From: Eledone cirrhosa
Lineage: Eukaryota
Assembly (NCBI GenBank): GCA_964016885.1
Contig: OZ024745.1
Span: forward strand, 33,666,001-33,730,000
Direction: 5' to 3'
DNA: 64,000 bases
Positions 52,491 through 64,000 of this stretch are shown here, piece by piece; positions within the stretch are counted from its first letter, which is position 1; each line of letters begins with the position of its first letter. The notes beneath the pieces are model-generated. The model did not search any database and was not told the DNA's origin. It saw only the letters and a list, made by a program, of their open reading frames with translations. A program made the position numbers and the translations under genes.

Positions 52491-52682
52491 GGGCGGTGGA
52501 TTGGCAGTATCGGTAAAGGGTCTGACGCCATGCTTTGCAGCAAAGAGTTATGGCCCTTTATGGTTTGAGTTCAAATACGGCCGAGGTTAACTTTGTCTTT
52601 CATCCTTACGGGGTCGATAAAATAAAGTACCAGTAATACACTAGGATAATTGTTGGCCTTGTGCCAAAAGTAGAAACAATTA
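52491..52682 (+). mobile_element. Full-length tRNA-derived SINE
   Basis: A-box TGGCAGTATCGG and B-box GAGTTCAAATAC; flanking duplication tttactgtata. Confidence 0.88.
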
Positions 52683-53789
52683 TTTACTGTATAACGCTTC
52701 TGACTCTCCTCTAGTTATTTTTTCTTAAATCTAGATTTGCTTTGTCTATTCTCACAAGTTTGTAACCCATATACTTTTTTGTTATGTATAAAAGAGCACT
52801 GGCAGCAAAAATAAATAAATTGTTATGTAATGGATTAGAGCACCAAACAAAATCCAATGCAGCATTCCCGAGTTCGAATCTCGTTTGAGATCAACAAGAA
52901 AATGATAAGTCTGAATACCTTTCATTACAGGCCAATTTCTTTTTACATGATAGAAGTTAATTATATATTAGAATAATATAAAATTTAACATATGTGCATA
53001 AGTAATATAATTTTATTTTTCTTCTACCAGACAAAAGTCGAACACATTCCTTAACAGGGAGGGGAAATATAATCATTTTTATATTTCGACTTATTGCTAC
53101 TTTATTCTACTGAACCCAGAAATTTGAAAAACAAAGACAATACTGACGGGATTTGAACTCATAAAAAAAAAGTGAGGTACCCCCAGGTCTTGAATAATCG
53201 TTCCCCGCCTCCGGTTATCAATTTTTCAGATTTCATTCCAACCCACCCGCTTATTAAATTTTGCTAATCTATCTCCGGCGAAATTTTATTGTAAGTGATT
53301 CATATCGATACAGCAGCTGGAGAATGAAATAATTTTATTTTACATAAAAAAAAACCCTTTTTTGTCATATATGATATGACACAAAAAAAAGAACATGACA
53401 AGAAATCCCAGATTTACGAACGTACACTATACAATTACCGACACCTATCCCCGCTCATTCCATCCCACTATTATTTAGCACCAAAGAGTAACTAAATACA
53501 GCAAAATATTTAGTGCAGCGCTCTACAGACTCTCCGATACGTTGTCTCTTAAATAGAGATAAAATAAAAAAAATAATGGGAAAAAGAAATCTACGAACTT
53601 TCCTTAGGTCTTTTATCGTCTTCTGTTTATACAAGGTAAGCACCAAGGTAGTTGTTTGGGAATGTGTGTTTGTGGTGCATATACATATATATATATAAAT
53701 ATATGTGTATATTTGGGAATGTGTAAACAAACTGAAATGGTTTACAAACGGTGATGGTGATACACAAACATTTCAGTTTGAGAAATACC

Positions 53790-53885
53790 GTTACTTCCGG
53801 TGTTAAGAATAACGGTCAGTGATTGGATAACATAATTTGATATGGCTTCTCGTCGCTAAGGGGTTGGCTTTACCATGACAACGTA
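53790..53885 (-). promoter_or_regulatory. Candidate promoter: X-box-like, CCAAT and ETS motifs
   Basis: Minus strand: GTTGTCATGGTAAA (53882-53869), CCAATC (53826-53821), ACCGGAAGT (53801-53793), in relatively CpG-rich unique sequence. Confidence 0.35.
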
Positions 53886-54430
53886 AAACGCGTCTACACA
53901 TGCAGAGAAGTTGTATCTCTACGAAGTTAGATTTTCTTTATGAGAAACTAATTTATACTGACCGAAATTCATTGGTATTCGGCATATTTAATACAAAAAT
54001 ATTATTCTCTTGAAAAAGAGCCAGACAGACAGAAACAGACAACACACACATGCAAAACTATCATGTTAATTTTTTAAAACTGATTCGAACTAGTTGAGAA
54101 AAATAAATGAATATAACATCAACATATGAAGATCACACAATCTCGTCTCTCCATTAAATCTAAATCGTTGTGTCTATATTACCGAGAGCTGAAATCGTAA
54201 CTTATTGTCGGTTATTCATACATATTGTAATATTGATTTGTAATTTAGGTGCAATGCCAGTATTTGACTGGTGCATTATTTTATCGACACCGGAAAATGA
54301 AAGGTAAATAAAGTTGACCTCGGTGAGATTTAAAAAACCAGAACAAACTTCACAATGGCATTTTATCCGATGCGCTACCAATTCTGCTAATTCTCCATCC
54401 TTTATACTTATAATAATATTAATTAACAAA

Positions 54431-55410
54431 GGCGGTGGATTGGCAGTAGCAATAGAGTGTCGGACAACAAGCTTTGCGCCATAGAGTTACGGTCCTCTAC
54501 GTTCTGAGTTCAAATCCCGCCGAAGTTAACTTTGCCTTTCATCTTTACATGGTTGATAAAATAAAGTACCAGTAACGCACTGGGGTCGATTTAATCAACT
54601 TCCCCCTACCCTCCAAACTGTTGGCCTTGTACCTAAATCAGAAACCATTAATTAATTGTTTCTACTTTTGGCACAAGCCCAATACATTACTGGTACTTTA
54701 TTTTATCGACCCCCGTAAGGATGAAAGGCAAAGTTAACCTCGGCGCGATTTGAACTCAGACCATAAAGGGCCGTAATTAATAGACATTAACCAATTACAA
54801 TGTGTTGACGTATAATAAACATACCTTTATTCTCGCTGTATTTTAAACTATGGTTATGTCACCTCAGTATTGGGGTTAGGAGCGGTGGATGCATGCATTT
54901 TACTCTTCGTTACACAGTCAGCATTCTTAGTTGTGTCCATATATGAAAGTATTATGTTATAGATTTTGTAAAATTATCTTCAGTGAAAGCTTATTTACAT
55001 ATAGGACAAGCTTGACCAACCAGTATTAAGTAACGAGAGCTGAGTTCAAATCTCACCGAGGTTACCTGTGCCTTTCACCCTTACGGAGACGATAAAATAA
55101 AGTAACAGTCACGCACTGGGGTCGATTTAATCGACTTTCCCCTCGGCCCAAATTACTGGCCTTGTGCCTATATCAGAAATCATTAATTAACGATAGCACT
55201 AACACAGAATGATTCATTATAAAGGTGTATGTAAACCTATATAGAATATGTGTACGTATAATTATTTCTACTTTTGGCACAAGGCCAGCAATTATAACAG
55301 TACATTACTGGTACTTTATTTTATCGACACCGTAAGGATGAAAGGCAAAGTTAACTTCGGCGGGATTTGAACTCGGACCGTAAAGGGGCGTAACTATGCT
55401 GCCAATCCAC
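54431..55410. mobile_element. Cluster of four SINEs in alternating orientation
   Basis: 54431-54650 (+), 54655-54775 (-), 55035-55185 (+), 55262-55410 (-). Confidence 0.8.
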
Positions 55411-55999
55411 GTATAATTAATACTGTCAATGGTTCACAATGGAAAGAATGTTAAGGGAAGACGTGTAAGAGGTGGTGAGGTGTTAATGCTTTATTGACCC
55501 TTGTATATGTGGTGTGAATATGCCTGGTTTACTAACTCCGCCTGGCATTGAACTTGGACACGAAACTATTGTCAAACATTTAGTAGCGCTTCTTAAAATA
55601 TTACTTTACTTCTCTGTTAATGAACCCCCAGAGATGAAATAAAGAGCCCTTTCAGAATCGCTAATTTGATTTTTTAACTGAACTAAAAAAAAAAAAAAAA
55701 AAAATGTGTGAAACCTGAAAAAAAAGAGAGAGAGAGAAAATAACTGAAAAGGGAGAAATTGAAAAAAGGTTTTGGCATCATGACAATAAAAGGGTGTCTG
55801 CAATGCGATAAACGCTGGATATGTAATTACAATTATTAGCTCTGTCACACCAAAAGACTTGTATTATATTGTCTATACAAGTGGACCCAAACTCCACCAC
55901 TAACCCATTGGCGAAAGGGCGGCTTTTCAAACGACACCCATAAAAGCATTTTTTTTTCAACATAGCATTACATACCCAACAAACTCAAGAATACTGTGT

Positions 56000-56900
56000 A
56001 TTTGTTATTTATAGTGTTCATCTGCAGTGAATCTTATGCACTTTAAACCTACGGGAGAATCAAATAATTGATAAACAAATACCAACCTTAATCCAAATTA
56101 AGCGCCAATTAACAAAGTAGACTCAATTTTGCAATAGCAGCATTAACATCGTTATCTTTTTAGATCACATCACTACAGAACATACTACATTGTTCACATG
56201 TAGCCTTCTGGCAAGCAAGTTAGAAAGCTGCATTTATCATTTCAGAAACATCTTTTTGTTCATAGGAAGACTTTTCAGCAAATATGATTGATTGAGGTTT
56301 TTCCTGTTTATGGCTCAAGTTGAAGTAATTTGCAACCAAATGCAATCTCGAGAAATTAGTGTGTTTAAAGTCAATGATTATTAACAGATTTCAAAACTGC
56401 TATTTTAGAAATAAGGAACTCGAAGTACTGTGAGAATCATTCAAAGACACTCATGGCAGAAGCAAAGGAAGTGTGTGACTGCATATGTGTTGATATAATG
56501 GACAGATATTCTTCCACTAAACACTTAGTAGTTGCTAAATTGTTCAACAAGAAAAAGCTTCACTAGTTCTAAGAATGAACTGCCTACAGAAGATATAATA
56601 CTGGCCATTGAAGCATATCCCATGATTGACAAAGAATAGCTTGAAACTGAACTAAAAGTATTCTATTGTAGATCCGATATGCATGAATATTACGAATTAA
56701 TTGAGCTGCTGAAATTTATCTTGGAAAATAATCTAGATTGTGTTCTTAGGGAAATTATTTTTTTGTTTAGGATTTTATCAAGTTTATGTATAAATTTTCA
56801 TTTTATATGTTTGTTTCGTTTTGCACAATATTTAAACAATGGATAAAGATTTTTTAAGCAGCACCCCCACCTAACTAATTTTATCCACGAGCCGCCACTG
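56000..56900 (+). mobile_element. Degenerate hAT-like transposase remnant with a terminal repeat
   Basis: Fragment ELPTEDIILAIEAYPMIDKE*LETELKVFYCR and terminus ccacgagccgccactg. Confidence 0.4.
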
Positions 56901-58322
56901 TTTGAAACTATATCAGATCAACAGTACAAACCCTTTCAAATATATGATGTAGTAACAGAACTTTGAATAAATCGGACGATTTACGTCAATGCAAGATACG
57001 AAGCCAATATGCAAATTTCTTTCACAAATATCGTAATTTCATTGTCAACTATAAATGCGTTACCACAGTCTTCAAGAGTGTTATTGAAAATTTGGGAGTT
57101 GGGTAACGGAGTATTTGAGTTTAGTGATTCTGTGGTCAGCAATAAGGCGTTTCAAGAAAAGAGAATACAAAACAAGTATAACTGGCAAAGATGACATTCC
57201 ACTAGAAAAGTCATTACTTCTTTTCTAGTGCAGATCTGGTTCAACTTCCCGAACAACTCACGCTCTAAATTCCACCTGTATACATTAATTGTCGTGTATG
57301 TTTGCGAGTAGGAGAAAGAGAACATAGATATCTTCCAGAGACCTTTAGGACCACACTAAGCATTTCATGGTGCAACCACATAAGGAATGAAATCATGGAA
57401 AGGATCGAGCTGTAGGACAGCGGAAAATACCCATCTATGCGCAAAACCAAGACAAAAGAGAGTTTGCACTGGAAACAAATATTCAGCCCTGTTCAATTTA
57501 GGAGATAAATATATTACTTTTGGAAGGACTTTATGTCGTTCTCAACCAGATAAAAAATGTTCAAACTTATCTTCTATGTCTATCCAGTTCTTTGAAATGC
57601 AACAGCAATAGTTGCGTTTTATATGCGATAACAAATCCATATTTAATATATGTATAAGGAATTAAGAGGTTGAATGTGCTCCACTTTGACCATCAGTCCG
57701 TCCAGCATGGATGCCGATACAATTTCTATGAAAAAGAAAAAAAAAAAATGTGTGAAATACGTTATACATGAGATTCATCAGTTAGATTAAAAAAAAAAAA
57801 GTCGATATAGTAGCAGCTTAGTAATCATCACAATTATGTGAAACATTTCTGTCGCCGAATAACGAGACTGCCGTTTCGATTGTTTTGTTCTACTTACATA
57901 ACATATCGGTTTGAATCACAGTACCGGTAGTACATGACTTCAGCTAGGACCACACCGACTTCATAAGGGTATCGAGGATTATAATACAATGGCTTGCTTT
58001 ATTAATGCATGTATGAATGGACCCGTAAGTCCTAAAGGAGTTGTAAGGGCGCCGTAGTAACACACGGCGTTTCTTAGGCTCTTTAAACCTAGCAGCACCC
58101 ATTCCCTTTCCAGGCCTGAACACAGTCGATGTATTTTAGAGAAGAAATGAGGCGAGACACAGAGGATCATTCCAAGTACTAGATTGGTATATTTTAAGGT
58201 CCAAAGACAAATTTAACCTCGGCGGGATTTGAACTCCGAGAATGTAGAGAGCCGGAACGAATATAGCAAAACATATCCGACGTTCTAACGTTCTTACCAA
58301 TTCTTCGAACGCTTCATTAGTA

Positions 58323-58519
58323 CGAGGGTCGGCTGAAAAGTTCATAAGCTGACTATGAAGGAGTGATGCTAGATCTGTGAAATCTTGCATGCATTAATTC
58401 AACTCTTTTTATTAATAACTGCATTGTTTCTTTCCAGGGACTATGTTGTAATGTATCCCTCATTTGGTCATTCCATAAGAGTATCTTGGTCAGTCTATAA
58501 ACATTTCAGCCGCCCCTCG
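58323..58519. mobile_element. Mariner-type MITE
   Basis: TA|CGAGGGTCGGCTGAAA ... TTTCAGCCGCCCCTCG|TA. Confidence 0.85.
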
Positions 58520-59248
58520 TATAATAGGGTAGATTTTAATGTCTTGGCTGCTATTTCTAGCTGGTAAAATTACCATGTAAATCTCCCCATTTTCAAAATT
58601 TAATTGTTAAAAAAAAAAAAAAATTGACCAAAATAACTCTAGAATAGTTGATAGATGTTTTTGTTGAGGAAATCCAAACAAAATACAATTCAGAAACAAA
58701 ATGACAAACTTACACTTCGAGTGTTTTTCGATGGTTAAGAGAAAGGAGATACCAAATTCAGTGACTATTATAAATAGATCTCTGTTGGTTTCAACGGAGA
58801 AGTGTTACTGTCGTTCGGTCAACGGAACGGTCTTCTCGGAAAATTTACGAGTATGATACCACCGCCAACTGTACCATCTAACGTAATTTTCAGGGAAATT
58901 CAATCTGATACATTGTGTGTCAAAGCTAGCTCTTCGATTCTGACGAGTGTTCCGGTTGTTCAAACAACGGAACATCCTGCTCGTAAAATTAACGTGCAAG
59001 TAGTTAAGCATTCCACAAACATGTGTACTCCTAATGTAGTTCTCAGGGAGATTCAGCGTGTCACATGTGTGACAAGAGTGGCCATTTAATTACAAGAACA
59101 ACAAATTTTTCCCAGCTGAGTGGACTAGAGCTACATGAAATAAAGTGTTTGGCTCAGAGACTTAACGCGCTACTGGAAATCGAACTTGCCACGTTATGAT
59201 TGCGAGCTCAAAATCTTAATCCCTGCGCTTAACCAGTACGCGCTTCGA

Positions 59249-59550
59249 TATTGTGTCCTTTCGCATAACTCAGCCGGTGGAACAACAGACTTTCACACAC
59301 ACACATAACTGGGGTAAAAGTTCTCTTGTACATTTTCCTCTTATTCTTGTAGAAACATGTGTAAGATAAATAATGGCTTAACTTTTCCATCTTATATACA
59401 TTGTGTCCTTTCGCAGAGCTTAGTCGGTGGAACATCAGAATTTCTCAGCTCACATACATATAACTGGGATAAAAGTTCTCTTGTACTCTTTCTCTTATCC
59501 TTGTAGAAACATGAGTAAGATAAATAATGGCTTAACCTTTTCATCTTGCA
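59249..59550. repeat. Direct duplication of ~150 bp
   Basis: attgtgtcctttcgca ... gataaataatggcttaac occurs twice. Confidence 0.85.
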
Positions 59551-60064
59551 TATATATAATTTTTACCTTCAAGCGATTTTTATTATGACTTTTACTGCCA
59601 TGAACAGAGTCACGTAATTATGTCTTAACGTGAATAAATGAAGCTAAAAGACGTTTGTTCAAGAATTACTAAAACAAGGATAGAAAATAAAGGAACATAA
59701 CGAGAAAAACAAAACAAAACATTCGTATCACTATAGCATCGAAATTAGTCCTATATTTTATTCCAGATAAATAACATGTTGATACTACATGGTACTGCGT
59801 GGTATTACATGATGCTATATGATTAACTGAATACGAATATGGAATTCATTTAATCAAGAGATACGAAGAAAAAATTAAACAAACATTTTCTTTTCCAAAT
59901 TTTTTGACTGCGACCATTCTGGAGCATGACATTAAAAGGATATCATCAGTCTATTATATCTACCACAAATACTTATTTTGTTTCAAGCCCAGTATTTATT
60001 TTATCGATCTCCGTTTGTGTGTGTATGTGTGTGTGTGTGTGTGTATATATCTATATCTATCTAT

Positions 60065-60065
<1 letters not shown>

Positions 60066-60136
<71 letters not shown>
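60066..60136. repeat. (CA)n microsatellite
   Basis: Seen directly in the sequence. Confidence 0.95.
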
Positions 60137-60138
<2 letters not shown>

Positions 60139-60551
60139 TATATATATATATATTTAATTATGGAGGCGGAAATAATAACACCCTGTCTAAAAAACGAAGT
60201 CAAACTGTCAGGTATTATAGAAAATATAGCAGCGTAGTTAAGTGCCACTGTACTTGAAGGAAATGCTGCACCAGCTGAAACGAAGTAAAACAACAACAAC
60301 AACAACAACAACACACACAGACACAATATATATCTGAAGAAATATCTTTACCGATCAAACATTGGCAGATTTCAGGTCAGTGTCACTCATATTAAAAAAA
60401 TCTTCTTTCTTTGTTGTTAGTATCAATATTTTCCAAGATTTTACGGAAAAAAAAATACAATGCACAAAAAAACTGTCATTTTTATCAAGTTTGAAATGTT
60501 TGTGGCCTTGACATGTCCAGGAATATCTGGGTTTTTATTCTTTGAGGTATA

Positions 60552-60750
60552 CGAGGGTCGGCTGAAATGTTTACAGGCTGATTATAAAGGAATGATGCTA
60601 GGGCTGTGAAATCTTGCATGCATTAATTTCAACTCTTCTTATTAAGAACTGCATTGTTTCTTTCTAGGGATTATGTTGAAAAATAAACCTGATTTGGTTT
60701 ATTCCATGAGAGTATCTTGGTCAGCCTATGAACTTTTCAACCAACCCTCG
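60552..60750. mobile_element. Mariner-type MITE, second copy
   Basis: Same TIRs, TA flanks and internal sequence as 58323-58519. Confidence 0.85.
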
Positions 60751-61308
60751 TATACAACAACATCTCCATGACGCCACAAGGAGTCAAGGGCCCATGGGTG
60801 AAAGGATGGAAAGTACAACTGTTGGGGATATTATTCATATTAATTACATTGACTGTGATAGGCTGGAAATGAAACGCAATTGAGGCTGGATTTGAACTAA
60901 TATACAGAACTACCCCCCAAAAATGACACGCTGTAAAGACATTCACTTCGTAGAAACTTTAATTAAGAAATAAAAGACGGAAAGAAGGAAGAAGAGCGAG
61001 AGAATAAGACAGAATGAGAGGGATAAAGAGTAAATGAGAAGAAAGGAATATTCTTAAAAACTTAGGATCATTTATTTAATTAATATTGTTAAAAAAACCT
61101 TATTTGTGATAAAAAATAGAAATTCACACACACACACGCGTATATGTGTAGATGTATCTTAATATATATATATATATATGCAAAGTTTTATTTAAATTGT
61201 TGGGTTACAACGAGTAAATATTTATAACTGATATAAAAGCACTCAACAAGTATTTGGAGTAAATTTACGATATTAAATAAATGGAAACTATATTTATAAA
61301 ACCATATT

Positions 61309-61374
61309 TATTTCATTATATATATTTCAGGGATATCATATTAAAAATATGGTATGCCTTCATCAGACAAAATA
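61309..61374 (-). ncRNA. Minimal type I hammerhead ribozyme
   Basis: Minus strand: tattttgt-CTGATGA-aggcataccatatttttaatatgatatccct-GAAA-tatatATA-atgaaata. Intact core with a different but pairing stem II. Confidence 0.85.
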
Positions 61375-61632
61375 CAATATAAACAGTCTTATAAATAGAT
61401 AGATTTGACATACCTTACAACTTCAACTTCCATTTAAAAAGTTGATTTGGTAGTGAAAAATGTTAGGGACAGTTATAAAAAGAAAGAAAGAAAGCGAAGA
61501 AAAAGAAGAAATGCATGCAACGAAAAACAGAGAGAGATAGATATAGAGAGATAGATAGAGAGAAGAAATTCATGTAAAGAAAAAACAGAGATAGATAGAG
61601 AGAGAAAAAAAAACACAGAGGGAGATAGATAG

Positions 61633-61664
<32 letters not shown>

Positions 61665-62736
61665 AAAAATAGAGAGAGATAGATATAGATAGAGATAGAG
61701 AGAAAGAAAATAGGTAGTTGGGCACCAGTTGAATGACGTATCAATGATATATTTATTTATTTATTTATTTATTTAGTTCTAGTATTAAGGTAGAGAGAGA
61801 TATATGTGGTTAGGAGAGAAAACAGCCGTTACATAGAGAGAAAAGAAAAATATCCAGAGATAAACGAGGCAGATTTAAAACATTATGTTTCATCAATCTA
61901 AAAATATCAATTCGTATGAATTAGGTATTATAATGTAAATATCAGTATTCATGAATGAGACACGTATCAATAATGTGTGAAAAATAATGATCATATGTCT
62001 AGTTTAAAATTCCTAGGTTTATAATCAGAACTGAGGTAAAAAAAATGAGATAAAAAACTTCAAAATAAAAAATTGAAATACATAAGTATATATGCACTTT
62101 CATGAAAAAAGAAAATAGAAGGTTATCCCAGATTCGATACTATAGACATCCATGTGAATTTACGTGATCAACTCTGCAAATTCCTATTTCACATGAAAAC
62201 ATTCTCATTGTGCTATAAAAATTCTAGTATACATATATGTGTACATACACACAAATATATATAGAATCTACATTAATTTTAACAATACTATTCTTGTCTT
62301 TACTCTACATGATTATCGTTCAAGCATAAATAGACAACAGATATCAATATATCAATAAAAATATAAAAAAATAAAAAAATATTAAAAATAAAACACAGTA
62401 TGCCCCGCAAATCAACCACAGAAATCAACCCTTCAAAATTAATTGACAATATATTGCCAAGTTCATTATAAGCATCAGAATCAAAAGCAAACAAAACCCA
62501 AATTATTTACCAAATCCTGTCTAGCAGAAATCATTCCAAAAGTTTAGGATACCCATTTGATCTACAGATGGTCTTATATTTATTATAGAAGTTTATCTAG
62601 TGTAAAATTTATTCGATATATTTGGAGCATCAGCTTTTAGGGTAGTTTAATTATTCACGAAGAATGTTTAAAAAAAAAGAAATCGAAAGATTTATCGGCG
62701 AGTTTCATAAATAATTACAAATCATAAGTAAATATA

Positions 62737-63999
62737 CTACATTTTAAATTTATATTTATATTTAAAAGTTGAGTTCAATCTATGTCTGCAGCAACTGAAT
62801 AAATTTGTCCGTAAATTAAGGGAATTTTTAGATTTTAGTATAAAGAATATCTCCTCCGCGCAGAGGTCACATGTCTCAGAAGATGAATTAAAAGGAATCC
62901 CTCTTGAGACTATATTCCAAGCCGTCGAATATCCAACGTTATCATGCTTAAGTTGCCAGAGTAAGCCTGATAGTGATGTTGAAGATTTTTTGCTTGGATC
63001 TGTGAAAGAATTCTTGTGGTTATTATAGCGAAGTTTAAATTCTGTCGAGGTGGAACCAACATAGTTAAAAGAATTTAAGTCCGTTTTAACATTACAGTTG
63101 TATATTATATTTTTAACTAAGCAATTGTTATTTAACGGACATTTAGATCTATCTCTACAGTTACATTTGTTTACTTGGATATTATTTATGCTATTATCGG
63201 TATTTTGGCTAGGTTTTAAATTCCTATTATTTATTCTATTAATATTTTGTGCTAAATTTTTGGTGGATGAGTAAGTTAATTTTATAGTATGTCTATTGAA
63301 AATTGAGTGATACTTATGTGTTCTAGGGAAGCGATTATCAAGAGCATTAAAAAATTGTTTAGCGATGTGGGTTTTAATGTTTAGTGAGAAAGGGGGGGCA
63401 AACCATATTATATTCCTAGTTCTATTTCTTTTTTGGCTTTTGGAATTATTGTAATGCTTTCTATTATAGTTGTTAAAGTTGTTGCCGTAATTAAAATTGT
63501 TGTTATTTTGGTTAGTTTGTCTATTATTATCTATGTACATAATTTTATCACTATATCCTGCTCTAGCTAACGCTTCATTGTAATACTGGGCTTTTTCGTC
63601 GAAAATCTTTTTATTAGATGAGATTCTAGAGATACGTTTTTGAACAGAGTTCACTATAGTATTTTTAACAGATCTGGGGTGGTTAGAGTTAAAACTGACA
63701 TAGTTTAAGTTTTCATTCAACTTGTGAAATGGATAGTGAAGACATGTGTTGAGATTTAATGTTACATCTAGGAAATTGACTATTCTATGGTTATTCTCAA
63801 TTTCTATTTTTAGATTAAAGTAATTAAAAAATTGTGTAATTTGTTTTCTTTTTCTATTTAGTTCAGAGTTATTATTTTCAATAAGTAAAAGCATGTCATC
63901 TCTATATAATCCTCCGGTAGCACCGGGTATTTTCCTATGCAGCGAATTGATTATAAATAGGCCCACAAGGTCAGTTACCTGAGCTGAGTCGGATGATCC
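62737..63999 (-). CDS. PLE RT-GIY-YIG polyprotein, C-terminal ~420 aa (uninterrupted, partial)
   Basis: GSSDSAQVTDLVG, GLYRDD, NFLDVTLNL, IIWFAPPFS, CNCRDRSKCPLNNNC, IIY..YVG, CDLC, LFSCCRHR; frame is open to the window edge. Confidence 0.92.
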   Translation of the reverse strand, partial: GSSDSAQVTDLVGLFIINSLHRKIPGATGGLYRDDMLLLIENNNSELNRKRKQITQFFNYFNLKIEIENNHRIVNFLDVTLNLNTCLHYPFHKLNENLNYVSFNSNHPRSVKNTIVNSVQKRISRISSNKKIFDEKAQYYNEALARAGYSDKIMYIDNNRQTNQNNNNFNYGNNFNNYNRKHYNNSKSQKRNRTRNIIWFAPPFSLNIKTHIAKQFFNALDNRFPRTHKYHSIFNRHTIKLTYSSTKNLAQNINRINNRNLKPSQNTDNSINNIQVNKCNCRDRSKCPLNNNCLVKNIIYNCNVKTDLNSFNYVGSTSTEFKLRYNNHKNSFTDPSKKSSTSLSGLLWQLKHDNVGYSTAWNIVSRGIPFNSSSETCDLCAEEIFFILKSKNSLNLRTNLFSCCRHRLNSTFKYKYKFKM

Positions 64000-64000
64000 C

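Larger units (their letters stand above)
61180..64000 (-). mobile_element. Second Naiad-type Penelope-like element (runs off the window)
   Basis: ORF, then ~1.4 kb of 3' region, then the hammerhead module ending at (TA)n; same layout as 612-4080. Confidence 0.8.

Noticed and set aside
56950-57730. Possible coding exon in unique-looking sequence
   Set aside because: No long open frame or recognisable motif on either strand.

Overview
This is AT-rich, repeat-dense animal genomic DNA, not prokaryotic. The tRNA-type SINEs, RTE LINEs and (TA)n/(GA)n tracts suggest an octopus/coleoid cephalopod (inference). Most ORFs in the supplied track are spurious or transposon-derived. One host gene can be assembled by hand on the minus strand from four phase-compatible GT-AG coding exons (48051-48095, 36640-36787, 20897-20976, 12083-12257). 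They encode 149 aa resembling the N-terminus of CCDC171, with a candidate ETS/CCAAT/X-box promoter near 53.8 kb. The rest is layered mobile DNA. (1) Two Naiad-type Penelope-like retroelements (RT with YRDD plus a Cys-rich GIY-YIG) and solo terminal modules, all carrying minimal type I hammerhead ribozymes and ending at (TA)n. (2) A second PLE family (GIY-YIG fragment with its own hammerhead). (3) RTE LINEs with a PHD finger inserted inside the RT, including a near-identical inverted pair flanking a host exon. (4) CR1 and CRE fragments, a Tc1 end, two Helitrons (one inserted exactly into a hammerhead), and hAT, mariner and piggyBac-like MITEs. (5) Many SINEs and a 3.6-kb 54/58-bp satellite. Coordinates were read by eye and family assignments are from motif recognition, not database searches.
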